Positions 1-9,641 of a stretch of DNA of 64,000 bases are shown here, piece by piece (the stretch's first letter is position 1; each line of letters begins with the position of its first letter). The stretch is taken from NCBI GenBank assembly GCA_964616805.1, contig CAZTUC010000014.1, positions 2,718-66,717 of the forward strand. Reading direction: 5' to 3'. The notes below the pieces were generated by a model, which ran no database searches, was not told where the DNA came from, and was given only the letters and a program-made list of their open reading frames with translations. The translations under genes were made by a program, and so were the position numbers. This stretch comes from an uncultured Microbacterium sp. GTDB lineage: Bacteria > Actinomycetota > Actinomycetes > Actinomycetales > Microbacteriaceae.

Positions 1-38
1 TGGCACGAAGAGGTGCCGCTTTCCGACATAATGGAGAT

Positions 39-674
39 GTGACGACCTCAGCGACGCATGCCCCGGCAGCGAACACAGTGAATCGACCGAACTCGGTCGC
101 AGTTGGAACGATCGTGTGGCTTGGCAGCGAAGTCATGTTCTTCGCCGGCCTTTTTGCGATCTACTTCACGCTGCGCAGCACTTCTCCCGAACTCTGGGAG
201 AGCCGCACGCAGCTGCTGAACATCCCCTTCGCATCGATCAACACGGCCATCCTGGTGCTGTCGTCGGTCACCGCGCAGCTGGGTGTGTTCGCAGCTGAGC
301 GGCATCAGCCGTACGGCAGCAAGGGCGACCCCAAGTGGTGGCGCCGCTGGGGCACCGTGCAGTGGTTCTGGCTTTCCTTCGCCCTCGGCGCGATCTTCGT
401 GTCGGGTCAGGTCTGGGAGTACGCAACCCTCGTTGCCGAAGGCATGCCGATCAGCGCTGACTCGTACGCATCCGCCTTCTACCTCACGACCGGCTTCCAC
501 GCCTTACACGTGACCGGCGGTCTGATCGCGTTCCTGCTCGTCATCGGGCGTTTGTACGCTGTGAAGAACTTCACCGCGAAGGAAGAAACCTCAGCGATTG
601 TTGTCTCGTACTACTGGCACTTCGTTGACGTCGTCTGGATTGTCTTGTTCGCCGTTATCTACTTCCTGAAATAA
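39..674 (+). CDS. ctaE: Cytochrome c oxidase subunit III
   Basis: [18 protein letters not shown] and [12 protein letters not shown]3 motifs; first gene of ctaE-qcrCAB; GTG start 6 nt after CATAAT. Confidence 0.95.
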   Translation: MTTSATHAPAANTVNRPNSVAVGTIVWLGSEVMFFAGLFAIYFTLRSTSPELWESRTQLLNIPFASINTAILVLSSVTAQLGVFAAERHQPYGSKGDPKWWRRWGTVQWFWLSFALGAIFVSGQVWEYATLVAEGMPISADSYASAFYLTTGFHALHVTGGLIAFLLVIGRLYAVKNFTAKEETSAIVVSYYWHFVDVVWIVLFAVIYFLK

Positions 675-691
675 GAGCGGAATCGAAAAAC

Positions 692-1495
692 ATGGCACGC
701 ATGAAAAAACAACGCTCCAAGGGTCGCCGCAGTCCGCTGGCTGCCGCCGCCCTCATCGGTGTGGGTCTCATGATTTCTGGTGGTGCATACGCCGCCGCGT
801 CATCCGCCGTCGCCGCGCCAACCACGTTTACCGCGGTATCGAGCCAGGTCTCGGTTGACGACGGGAAGAAGCTCTTCCAAGCGAACTGCGCCACCTGCCA
901 CGGTCTGAACCTGCAGGGAACCCCGAACGGCCCGAGCCTTTTCGGTGTTGGTGAACTCGCCACCGAGTTCCAGCTCTCAACCGGCCGCATGCCGATGCAG
1001 ATGCAGGGCCCACAGGCACCGATGAAGAAGCCGCAGTTCACCGAAACGCAAATTCTTTCCATGGCGGCCTACGTGCAATCGGTCGCCCCGGGCCCGACGT
1101 TCCCCGAAGAATGGGTTCTCGACGGCAACGGTGACGTCTCACACGGTGCGCGCCTGTTCAACACCAACTGCGCAATGTGCCACAACGTCGCTGGCGCCGG
1201 TGGTGCGCTGACACAAGGAAAGTGGGCTCCCCCGCTGACCGAGACCAGCGCCCTGCACATTTACGCGGCAATGGAAACCGGCCCGCAGAACATGCCTGTT
1301 TTTGGCCAGATGAACCTTTCCAACGATGACAAGCGCGACATCATCTCGGCGCTGCTGTTCAAGCAGGAGGCAACCTCGGTTGGTGGCTTCACGCTCGGCT
1401 CGCTCGGCCCCGTTGCTGAGGGTCTATTCGTTTGGATTTTCGGTATCGGTGCGCTGATTGGCGTGACGATCTGGATCACGGCTCGTTCTAACTGA
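692..1495 (+). CDS. qcrC: Cytochrome bc1 complex diheme cytochrome c subunit
   Basis: Two CxxCH motifs (CATCH, CAMCH), N- and C-terminal TM segments, operon position. Confidence 0.95.
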   Translation: MARMKKQRSKGRRSPLAAAALIGVGLMISGGAYAAASSAVAAPTTFTAVSSQVSVDDGKKLFQANCATCHGLNLQGTPNGPSLFGVGELATEFQLSTGRMPMQMQGPQAPMKKPQFTETQILSMAAYVQSVAPGPTFPEEWVLDGNGDVSHGARLFNTNCAMCHNVAGAGGALTQGKWAPPLTETSALHIYAAMETGPQNMPVFGQMNLSNDDKRDIISALLFKQEATSVGGFTLGSLGPVAEGLFVWIFGIGALIGVTIWITARSN

Positions 1496-1524
1496 CCTCA
1501 CAAGAAAGCGCTACGAGGAGCACA

Positions 1525-2655
1525 ATGGCACACCAAGAAGGCCAAGAGGTCGAGAATTACGGGCCGACCCCATCCGCGGGTCTCGGCGTCGAGATTCCCG
1601 ATGCGCCGGTAAACCCCGGCCTGGCACCGCACAACGTTCGCATTACCGATCAAGACCCGGCTGCGATGAAGCGCGCCGAGCGCACGGTTTACACCCTGTT
1701 CTATGTATCGGTAGCGGCCAGCATCTGGGCGATCGCGGCATACTTCCTGTTCCCGATCGAAGTCGCACACGACACCACACAGCAGAGCCTTGACGCGCTC
1801 GTTGCTGTGCGCAACAACAACCTCTTCATCGGTCTCGGTATCGCTCTGGCACTGCTGAGCATCGGTGTCGCTGCCATTTACTGGTCGAAAGCGATCATGA
1901 GTGACACCGAGTTCATCGAAGAACGTCACCCCACTCGCGGTAGCGAAGAAACGCGCGCAGCGGCCATCGAGGTCTTCGCAGACGCCAACGAAGAATCTGG
2001 TTTTGGTCGTCGCAAGATGATTCGCAACTCGCTTTTCGCGGCCGTTGTGGCATCCGTCCTTCCCGGAATCACCATGATGCGCGGTTTGGCACCTTTCAAC
2101 TCGGAAACACACCCCGACGCTGGAAACCCCGTTGCACTGCTGAGCCGTACCCTGTGGGCTCCAGAAGCGGATGGCACACTCCAGCGCCTCGCCCGCGACC
2201 CGGACGGTACGCCGATCCGCGCCGCTGATGTCACCCTCGGTTCGGCCTTCCAGGTCATCCCCGAGAAACTCGCAAGCTTGGGCCACCACGAGGGTTACCT
2301 GGACGAAAAGGCGAAGGCCGTTGTTCTGCTCATGCGTCTGAACCCAGAAGAGCTCGTCGAACAAGACAGCCGCAAAGACTGGTCCTACCACGGCATCGTG
2401 GCGTACTCGAAGATCTGCACCCACGTCGGTTGCCCGGTGGCGCTGTACGAGCAGCACACACACCACCTGCTGTGCCCGTGCCACCAATCACAATTCGATG
2501 TGACCCACCACGCACGCGTCATCTTCGGCCCGGCAGCACGCCCGCTGCCGCAATTGCCCATCACTGTTGATGACGAGGGTTACCTCATCGCACGCAGCGA
2601 CTTTACCGAACCCGTTGGACCGAGCTTCTGGGAGCGCCATGACACTCGCAGCTGA
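1525..2655 (+). CDS. qcrA: Cytochrome bc1 Rieske iron-sulfur subunit
   Basis: CTHVGC and CPCHQS Rieske motifs; three N-terminal TM segments with an RR motif (GRRKMIR). Confidence 0.95.
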   Translation: MAHQEGQEVENYGPTPSAGLGVEIPDAPVNPGLAPHNVRITDQDPAAMKRAERTVYTLFYVSVAASIWAIAAYFLFPIEVAHDTTQQSLDALVAVRNNNLFIGLGIALALLSIGVAAIYWSKAIMSDTEFIEERHPTRGSEETRAAAIEVFADANEESGFGRRKMIRNSLFAAVVASVLPGITMMRGLAPFNSETHPDAGNPVALLSRTLWAPEADGTLQRLARDPDGTPIRAADVTLGSAFQVIPEKLASLGHHEGYLDEKAKAVVLLMRLNPEELVEQDSRKDWSYHGIVAYSKICTHVGCPVALYEQHTHHLLCPCHQSQFDVTHHARVIFGPAARPLPQLPITVDDEGYLIARSDFTEPVGPSFWERHDTRS

Positions 2656-4921
2656 AAATAAGACTGCTGCCACCGACGAGTCGCAGAACACGCAAGAAAC
2701 AAAGCCCCTTGGTGGCCGCTTTGTTGCTGGCACCGCGAACTACCTCGACGAGCGCACAAGCCTTTCGGGCTTGGTGAAGGCACTCGGCCGCAAGGTCTTC
2801 CCCGACCACTGGTCGTTCATGCTCGGCGAGATCGCGCTGTGGAGCTTTGTCGTTGTGCTGATCACCGGTATCTTCCTGACGTTCTTCTTCGAAGCGTCAA
2901 TGGTTGAAACCCACTACCACGGCGCATACGCACCGATGCGTGGTATCGAAATGAGCGCCGCAATGGCGTCCACGCTCGAGATCTCCTTCGACGTGCGTGG
3001 CGGCCTGCTCGTGCGCCAAATGCACCACTGGGCAGCTCTCGTCTTCGTTGCCGGTATCGGTGTGCACATGCTGCGCGTGTTCTTTACCGGTTCATTCCGC
3101 AAACCGCGTGAGCTCAACTGGGTCATCGGTTTTGTACTGTTCATCCTCGCAATGGCTGAGGGCTTCACCGGTTACTCACTCCCCGACGATGTGCTCTCCG
3201 GTAACGGTCTCGCGATCATCAACGGCATGGTCAAGGGCATCCCGGTGCTCGGTACCTGGGTCTCATTCTTGTTCTTCGGTGGCCAGTTCCCCGGTACCGA
3301 AATTGTTGGCCGCTTGTACTCACTGCACATTTTGTTGTTGCCGCTACTGGTCATTGCGCTCATCGGTTTGCACCTGGTGCTCATGATCGTCAACAAGCAC
3401 ACGCAATTTGCTGGCCCGGCTCGCACCAACAACAACGTTGTCGGTTACCCGATGCTGCCGGTTTACGCAACCAAGATGGGTGGCTTCTTCTTCATCGTCT
3501 TCGGTGCAATCGCAGCCCTCGCAACGTTCTTCCAGATCAACCCGATCTGGAACTACGGCCCATATGACCCGTCACCGGTTTCGGCTGGTACCCAGCCTGA
3601 CTGGTACATCGGTTTTGCTGACGGCGCATTGCGTCTGGTTCCGCCACACCTTGAGACGTACTGGTTCGACCGCACGCAAACGTGGGCGATCATCCTGCCG
3701 CTTGTCGTGCTCGGTGTCTTCATCTTGCTTGTGATGTTCTACCCGTTCATCGAAGCGTGGATTACCGGTGACAAGCGTGAGCACCACATTGCGCAGCGTC
3801 CACGCACTGCCCCGACGCGTACCGCAATCGGTGTTGCTGGTGTGTTCTTCTACGCGGTCATGTGGGCTGCTGCATCATCCGACATCATTGCAACGCACTT
3901 CCATCTCACGATGGAGGGAGTCATCCACACGTTGCAGGCGTTGCTGATCCTCGGAACTCCGCTCGCGTACTTCATCACGAAGCGCATCGCGATTGCCCTG
4001 CAGAAGAAAGATCGTGAGATCGTGCTGCACGGTTACGAGTCGGGGCGCATCGTGCGTCTCGCTGGCGGTGAGTATGTTGAGGTTCACAAGCCGATGGATG
4101 TCTACGACCGCTGGAAGCTCATCGATAGCGAAGAGTACGCACCGCTCGTGGTTCGTCCAAACGAAGCCGGCCGTATCCCGTGGACGCAGAACCTGCGTTC
4201 GGCGATGTCGCGCTGGTTCTTCGAAGACCGACTCACGCCGCTGACGCAGAGCGAAATCACCGCTGCTGATGCACACCAGGTACACGCGCTGCACGACTTG
4301 GACGGTGGCAGCGGCCACGACGCCGCGGCGATCGCGACTCCGGCGCTCGAGGGTTCAACTGGGACAGCGGTTCGACTTTCTGGCTTCGCGCCCTCGGCGG
4401 ACGCTACCGCTGGTGCTGAAGCACCACAGGCTGGCGCTTCTGCACCGAAGATCGACTTCGGTGGTGGCGACACTGCTGGTACGGATGCATCGGGCACGGC
4501 CACTCCGGTTGGTTTCATGAGCACGCCCGAGGTTGCGCCGAAGCGCCCGACTCCCCCAACGTCAGGTGCTTCGACTTCGAAGAAGTCGAGCGGTTCAACT
4601 GCGAAGTTCGCAGATCTCGATCTGGCCGCCGGTCGTGAGGTTCTCGGCCGCAGCCGCAAACTCAACCCTGAAGATCTCACGGTTGTTGAGGGCATCGGTC
4701 CGAAGATTGCTGGCATCCTCAACGCTGACGGCATTGTCGACTGGAACGACCTTGCTGAATCGGCAATCGAGCGCTTGCAAGAGCTGCTGACCGAGGCTGG
4801 CCCGCGCTTCAACATTCACAACCCGGCTACCTGGCCGGCGCAGGCTAACCTGCTGCGCCAAGGCAAGTGGGAAGAGTTCAAGGCTCTCACCGACGAGCTC
4901 AACGGTGGCGTCGTAGAGTAA
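2639..4921 (+). CDS. qcrB: Cytochrome bc1 cytochrome b subunit, 760 aa, with a low-complexity linker and C-terminal HhH (COG3743-like) domain
   Basis: FPDHWSF, RQMHHWAA, HILLL and QPDWY cytochrome b motifs; ATG at 2639 follows GGAG and overlaps the qcrA end; frame stays open about 205 aa past the usual end. Confidence 0.93.
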   Translation: MTLAAENKTAATDESQNTQETKPLGGRFVAGTANYLDERTSLSGLVKALGRKVFPDHWSFMLGEIALWSFVVVLITGIFLTFFFEASMVETHYHGAYAPMRGIEMSAAMASTLEISFDVRGGLLVRQMHHWAALVFVAGIGVHMLRVFFTGSFRKPRELNWVIGFVLFILAMAEGFTGYSLPDDVLSGNGLAIINGMVKGIPVLGTWVSFLFFGGQFPGTEIVGRLYSLHILLLPLLVIALIGLHLVLMIVNKHTQFAGPARTNNNVVGYPMLPVYATKMGGFFFIVFGAIAALATFFQINPIWNYGPYDPSPVSAGTQPDWYIGFADGALRLVPPHLETYWFDRTQTWAIILPLVVLGVFILLVMFYPFIEAWITGDKREHHIAQRPRTAPTRTAIGVAGVFFYAVMWAAASSDIIATHFHLTMEGVIHTLQALLILGTPLAYFITKRIAIALQKKDREIVLHGYESGRIVRLAGGEYVEVHKPMDVYDRWKLIDSEEYAPLVVRPNEAGRIPWTQNLRSAMSRWFFEDRLTPLTQSEITAADAHQVHALHDLDGGSGHDAAAIATPALEGSTGTAVRLSGFAPSADATAGAEAPQAGASAPKIDFGGGDTAGTDASGTATPVGFMSTPEVAPKRPTPPTSGASTSKKSSGSTAKFADLDLAAGREVLGRSRKLNPEDLTVVEGIGPKIAGILNADGIVDWNDLAESAIERLQELLTEAGPRFNIHNPATWPAQANLLRQGKWEEFKALTDELNGGVVE

Positions 4922-4932
4922 ACGTCGCTACA

Positions 4933-4974
4933 CAAAGAGGGGCCCGGCTCGATCATGAGCCGGGCCCCTCTTTG
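4933..4974. terminator. Intrinsic terminator hairpin after qcrB
   Basis: Perfect 18-bp inverted repeat caaagaggggcccggctc / gagccgggcccctctttg with a 6-nt loop. Confidence 0.8.
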
Positions 4975-5001
4975 CCTTTCAGCGGCCGATACGATGGACT
5001 C

Positions 5002-5940
5002 ATGAGCACGATCGACTACATCGATGCCGATGAGATCGCCCGGGTGATACGACCAGCAGAGGCAATTCATGGGATTCGGGATGCTTTGAAAGCAGGGGTC
5101 GATCCAGAAGCCGATCTCCCCCGGGTTTCCGCCCCACTCGGCAGTGGTGAATTCTTACTGATGCCGTCGCATAGCCCGACGGTAGCTGGAATCAAGATCA
5201 TTGCGGTTGCGCCAGACAACCCCAGCAGCGGGCTGCCGAGAATTCAGGGCGTGTACCTCTTGTGTGACGCTGCCACGCTCACGCCACAACTGTTCATAGA
5301 CGGCCCAGGGCTGACCGACTTGCGAACGCCAGCGGTATCGTTTGCCGCTGTGCACGATCTGCTGGCCTCACGCAGCACTCCGCTGAAGGTTGTGTTCTAC
5401 GGTGCCGGCCCACAGGCAATCGCGCACTTGCACACGCTCACGGATGCCTACGGTACGCCGTCCTCGGCGGTAGCAATCGTGCGAACCCCAGCGAACGTAC
5501 TCGGCGCGCACGTGTTCGACGAAATCGTCACAAGCGGGTCTCCTCGGGCGCGTGAGGTCACTGTATCCGCCGACGTCATCGTGTGCGCAACAAGCGCGAG
5601 CACGCCGCTCTTCGCGGACACTGACGTGCGTGATGACGCGGTCGTGATCGCCGTGGGCTCACATCACCCGACGGCCCGTGAATTGCCGGGGCCCCTGCTG
5701 GGGCGAGCTGATGTGATCGTCGAAGCTCGAACAACTGCGCTGAGTGAAGCGGGCGATGTCGTGATGGCGATCGAGGAAGGCGAGCTCACCGCTGGTGACC
5801 TCCTCCCGATGAAAGACATCATCACAGGCGATGTATCACTGCACCGTGATCGCCCTGTCGTGTTCAAGAGCACCGGCATGTCATGGGAAGATCTCGTGCT
5901 CGCAGAGACGATCGCGAAACGGTTCCGAGGCGACGCGTAA
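5002..5940 (+). CDS. Ornithine cyclodeaminase / mu-crystallin family NAD(P)-binding protein
   Basis: GIKIIAV, RTPAVS, FYGAGPQA, AVGS and VFKSTGMSWEDL family motifs; ATG 6 nt after TACGAT (leaderless-type). Confidence 0.85.
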   Translation: MSTIDYIDADEIARVIRPAEAIHGIRDALKAGVDPEADLPRVSAPLGSGEFLLMPSHSPTVAGIKIIAVAPDNPSSGLPRIQGVYLLCDAATLTPQLFIDGPGLTDLRTPAVSFAAVHDLLASRSTPLKVVFYGAGPQAIAHLHTLTDAYGTPSSAVAIVRTPANVLGAHVFDEIVTSGSPRAREVTVSADVIVCATSASTPLFADTDVRDDAVVIAVGSHHPTARELPGPLLGRADVIVEARTTALSEAGDVVMAIEEGELTAGDLLPMKDIITGDVSLHRDRPVVFKSTGMSWEDLVLAETIAKRFRGDA

Positions 5941-5956
5941 GTACGCCGAGACACAA

Positions 5957-5988
5957 GTGAGCCCCCGAGTCGAAACTCGGGGGCTCAC
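5957..5988. terminator. Bidirectional terminator hairpin between convergent genes
   Basis: Perfect 14-bp stem gtgagcccccgagt-cgaa-actcgggggctcac. Confidence 0.8.
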
Positions 5989-6000
5989 CAAAAGCTAAAA

Positions 6001-6432
6001 CTATCGGGCGAAATTTCCGCGGTAGTACTCGTAAACCCAACCGACGATCGCAACCAAGAAGACCACGAGTCCTATCGGCACGAGCCACCAGCCTACCGAG
6101 AGACCAATAACGGCGATACCAGCGGATGCCGCAAGCAAGATGGGCCACCACGACCATGGGCTGTATTCGCCCACTTCAGGGTCACCGTCGTCAATCAGCG
6201 CGACCTGCGAATCTTCGGGCAGGTCGCCCGCCTTCTTCGAGACTTTGCCGAGGTAGAACGCGATCATGGCGGCCATAGCTGCCACCAACAACATCGCTAC
6301 CGTGCCAACCCACTCAATCTGGTCGGCCCGCGGGTTGCGCCCGTGCTCGATCAGGTTCCATCCCGTGTAGATAACGCTCATCAAGAAGAAGAATCCGCAC
6401 AGGACCCACCAGATAACGATATTGCTGCGCAT
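6001..6432 (-). CDS. ctaF: Cytochrome c oxidase subunit IV (actinobacterial)
   Basis: PEVGEYSPWSWWP and GWVYEYYRG motifs; directly downstream of ctaD. Confidence 0.9.
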   Translation of the reverse strand: MRSNIVIWWVLCGFFFLMSVIYTGWNLIEHGRNPRADQIEWVGTVAMLLVAAMAAMIAFYLGKVSKKAGDLPEDSQVALIDDGDPEVGEYSPWSWWPILLAASAGIAVIGLSVGWWLVPIGLVVFLVAIVGWVYEYYRGNFAR

Positions 6433-6436
6433 GTGG

Positions 6437-8179
6437 TTAGCTCACCTTCTCTTCGCTGGCAGTCGCTGTTGGCGCCGTCGGGTCATAGTCATCGAGTGAC
6501 TCCGGGTGGTTGAGGTCGAACGCAGGACGCTCACTGCGGATACGCGGGATCGACGTGAAGTTGTGACGCGGCGGCGGGCACGAAGTTGCCCACTCGAGGG
6601 AACCACCGTAGCCCCACGGGTCGTCAACCGTTACCTTCGGCGCCTTGCGGGCGGTGATCCAGACGTTCAAGAAGAACGGAAGCATCGAGATACCGAGCAG
6701 CATGGCCCCGACCGTTGAAACCTGGTTTTGCCACGTGAAGCCGTCTGCCCATGAGTAGTCAGCGTAACGACGCGCCATACCGTCAACACCAAGCCAGTGC
6801 TGGATGAGGAAGGTCATGTGGAAGCCAATGAACAGAATCCAGAAGTGCACGAGACCGAGGCGCTCGTTGAGCATCTTGCCCGTCCACTTTGGCCACCAGA
6901 AGTAGAAGCCGGCGAACATCGCGAAGACAACCGTTCCGAAGATGACGTAGTGGAAGTGCGCAACGATGAAGTACGAGTCCGACAAGTGGAAGTCAAGCGG
7001 CGGGGCGGCCAGAATGACACCGGTCAGACCACCGAATACGAATGACACGAGGAAGCCGAGCGCGAACACCATCGGTGTTTCGAACGTGATTGAGCCGCGC
7101 CACATCGTACCGACCCAGTTGAAGATCTTCACACCGGTTGGCACTGCGATAAGCATCGTCATCACCGCGAAGAATGGCAGCAGCACGCCACCGGTGACAT
7201 ACATGTGGTGAGCCCACACAGCAACCGACAGTGCGGCGATCGAAATCGTTGCGTACACGAGGGTCTTGTAACCGAAGATCGGCTTCCGACTGAAGACCGG
7301 AATCACCTCGGAGATGATCCCGAAGAACGGCAGCGCGATGATGTACACCTCGGGGTGACCGAAGAACCAGAACAAGTGCTGCCACAAGAGCACACCACCG
7401 TTTGCTGGGTCGTAAATGTGCGCACCAAGAATGCGGTCCGCTGCGGCACCGAAAATTGCTGCGGCCAGCACCGGGAAGACGAGGATGATCAGGATGCTCG
7501 TGATGAGTGCGTTCCAGGTGAACACGGGCATACGCCACATCGTCATACCGGGGGCGCGCATTGTGAGGATCGTGGTGATGAAGTTCACACCACCGAGGAT
7601 CGTACCGAAACCAGAGATACCCAGACCCAGCATCCAGAGGTTTCCACCCACACCGGGTGAGAAGGTGATGTTTGCCAGTGGCTGATATGCGAACCAGCCG
7701 AATGATGCCGCGCCCTGCGGGGTCAAGAAGCCCGCAACGGCGATGAGCGAACCGAACGCGAACAGCCAGAAGGCGAATGCGTTCAGACGCGGGAAGGCAA
7801 CGTCAGGTGCACCAATTTGCAGCGGTAGCAGCGCGTTTGCAAAGCCGGCAAAAAGCGGCGTTGCAAACATCAGCAGCATGATTGTGCCGTGCATTGTGAA
7901 CAGCTGGTTGAACTGTTCTTTCGTCGTGAGGATCTGCATGCCGGGTGCGAAAAGCTCGGCGCGGATGATGAGTGCCATCACACCACCGAGGAGGAAGAAC
8001 AGCACCGACGAAATCAGGTACATGTACCCGATGGTCTTGTGGTCGGTCGAAGTCAGCCACTTGACAACGATGTTGCCTTTACGTTCCACGTTGGAGCTTG
8101 ACAAGAGTGCTGCCTGGCGCGGCGGAAGCGTCGTAACGCCCGATCCGTGCGTTTCAAATGCCGAAGTACTCTGAGACAT
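6437..8179 (-). CDS. ctaD: Cytochrome c oxidase subunit I
   Basis: [19 protein letters not shown] and AHFHY heme/CuB ligand motifs. Confidence 0.97.
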   Translation of the reverse strand: MSQSTSAFETHGSGVTTLPPRQAALLSSSNVERKGNIVVKWLTSTDHKTIGYMYLISSVLFFLLGGVMALIIRAELFAPGMQILTTKEQFNQLFTMHGTIMLLMFATPLFAGFANALLPLQIGAPDVAFPRLNAFAFWLFAFGSLIAVAGFLTPQGAASFGWFAYQPLANITFSPGVGGNLWMLGLGISGFGTILGGVNFITTILTMRAPGMTMWRMPVFTWNALITSILIILVFPVLAAAIFGAAADRILGAHIYDPANGGVLLWQHLFWFFGHPEVYIIALPFFGIISEVIPVFSRKPIFGYKTLVYATISIAALSVAVWAHHMYVTGGVLLPFFAVMTMLIAVPTGVKIFNWVGTMWRGSITFETPMVFALGFLVSFVFGGLTGVILAAPPLDFHLSDSYFIVAHFHYVIFGTVVFAMFAGFYFWWPKWTGKMLNERLGLVHFWILFIGFHMTFLIQHWLGVDGMARRYADYSWADGFTWQNQVSTVGAMLLGISMLPFFLNVWITARKAPKVTVDDPWGYGGSLEWATSCPPPRHNFTSIPRIRSERPAFDLNHPESLDDYDPTAPTATASEEKVS

Positions 8180-8181
8180 CT

Positions 8182-9108
8182 TTAGTGCTCTCCCTCAGCC
8201 GGGCCCGTGCCCGGGTAGTTCTGCAGACGGTCGTAAGCTTCATCGAAGTTTCCGACATTGCCCTCTTCACGAAGCGTTTCAAGGTAGGCGTCGTATTCGT
8301 CTTGCTCGACAACCTTGACGTTGAAAAGCATCATCGAGTGGTATTCACCACAGAGTTCAGCACAGACACCCTTGTAATCGCCCACTCGGGTTGGAGTGAA
8401 CGACCATGAGTTGTCGCGACCGATGTACATGTCTTTCTTGTACAAGAACTCAACGATCCAGAACGAGTGAACGACATCGCGCGAGCGCAGTTCGATGCGG
8501 AGTTCTTTGTCGACCGGCAAGTACAGCGTCGGTGCTTGATCGCGGTCAATCGTGCCGTTTACGTCAGGCTGTGCCTGGATGCTCACGCTGTAGACATCGT
8601 CGCTTCCGTCGGCCTCGTCGCCGTGGTACACGAAGTCCCATGCCCACTGCTTGGCGTACGCAGTGATAACAACATCGGGGTCGTCGTTGCGTTCTTCAAT
8701 GAGCGCCTGTTCTTGCGCGGTAAACGCGAACATACCGATGATAAAGATAAGCGGAACAACCGTGAAGAAGATCTCGATCGGCATGTTGTATCGCAGCTGC
8801 ACAGGAAGGCCGGTCTGGCCCTTGCGGCGACGGTACACGATGAGCGCCCATCCGATCAGGCCCCACGTCAGGACCCCAACACCAAGCAGAACAATCCACG
8901 AGTTGACCCACATGGCGGTGATGCCGGCGGTCTGGCTCGTGGCCGGAACTCCCGTTTCGTCCCAACCGGGCAGGAATCCTGCGAGTTCGGTTGGCGTGCA
9001 GCCAGCGAGAATGATGGCGAGGCCTGCAGCAACGGTGGCCGCAATCGCGCGACGTGGCCGTTTGGTGGGCGATTTATCGTGCTTAGCCACAAGGCGTGTT
9101 TCAGACAC
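8182..9108 (-). CDS. ctaC: Cytochrome c oxidase subunit II (CuA)
   Basis: DVVHSFW and [12 protein letters not shown] CuA motifs; lipobox-like LAGC. Confidence 0.95.
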   Translation of the reverse strand: MSETRLVAKHDKSPTKRPRRAIAATVAAGLAIILAGCTPTELAGFLPGWDETGVPATSQTAGITAMWVNSWIVLLGVGVLTWGLIGWALIVYRRRKGQTGLPVQLRYNMPIEIFFTVVPLIFIIGMFAFTAQEQALIEERNDDPDVVITAYAKQWAWDFVYHGDEADGSDDVYSVSIQAQPDVNGTIDRDQAPTLYLPVDKELRIELRSRDVVHSFWIVEFLYKKDMYIGRDNSWSFTPTRVGDYKGVCAELCGEYHSMMLFNVKVVEQDEYDAYLETLREEGNVGNFDEAYDRLQNYPGTGPAEGEH

Positions 9109-9205
9109 GGGGCACCTTTCCGATCAATTACAGCGGCGTAGTCAGTCTACGACAAGCACTCAGCTATTTCAGACCCAAAACGCAGGTTAGACAAAGCTTT
9201 AACGA

Positions 9206-9239
9206 CGTTGAAGGCCGGGGAAAACCCCGACCTTCAACG
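9206..9239 (-). terminator. Terminator hairpin downstream of the HesB/IscA gene
   Basis: cgttgaaggccgggg-aaaa-ccccgaccttcaacg; the one mismatch is a G-U pair on the minus strand. Confidence 0.65.
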
Positions 9240-9244
9240 AAAAC

Positions 9245-9595
9245 TCAGTGGAAGCTGTCTCCACAAGCGCAACTTCCAGCTGCATTCGGGTTATCAATCG
9301 TGAAACCCTGTTCGGAAATCGTGTCTTTGAAGTCAATTGCTGCCCCGTCGAGATACGGAACGCTATCCTCGTCAACGATAACTTCAACACCGTCAAAATC
9401 AACGGCGGCATCGCCGTCGAGGAAACGCTCGTCGAAGTACAGCTGATAGATCAGTCCGGAACAACCGCCCGGCTGTACCGCGACGCGCAAACGCAAGTCA
9501 TCGCGACCTTCTTGGTCGAGCAAGCTCTTGACCTTGGCGGCTGCGGCATCCGTCAGCTGTACGCCGTGTGCAGATTCTGTTTTCACATCGCTCAT
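9245..9595 (-). CDS. HesB/IscA (A-type) Fe-S cluster carrier
   Basis: GGCSG and C-terminal CACGDSF conserved cysteines. Confidence 0.93.
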   Translation of the reverse strand: MSDVKTESAHGVQLTDAAAAKVKSLLDQEGRDDLRLRVAVQPGGCSGLIYQLYFDERFLDGDAAVDFDGVEVIVDEDSVPYLDGAAIDFKDTISEQGFTIDNPNAAGSCACGDSFH

Positions 9596-9641
9596 CGTTA
9601 CTCCTGGGTTCGGTTGTTCTAGTCTACCGCTCGTGCGAATT

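Noticed and set aside
2567-2638. Longer N-terminus of QcrB in the ORF track
   Set aside because: It overlaps the Rieske gene deeply, and the ATG at 2639 has a GGAG RBS. Similar upstream extensions of pyrD, hisD, sepF, ftsZ, imuB and others were trimmed for the same kind of reason.
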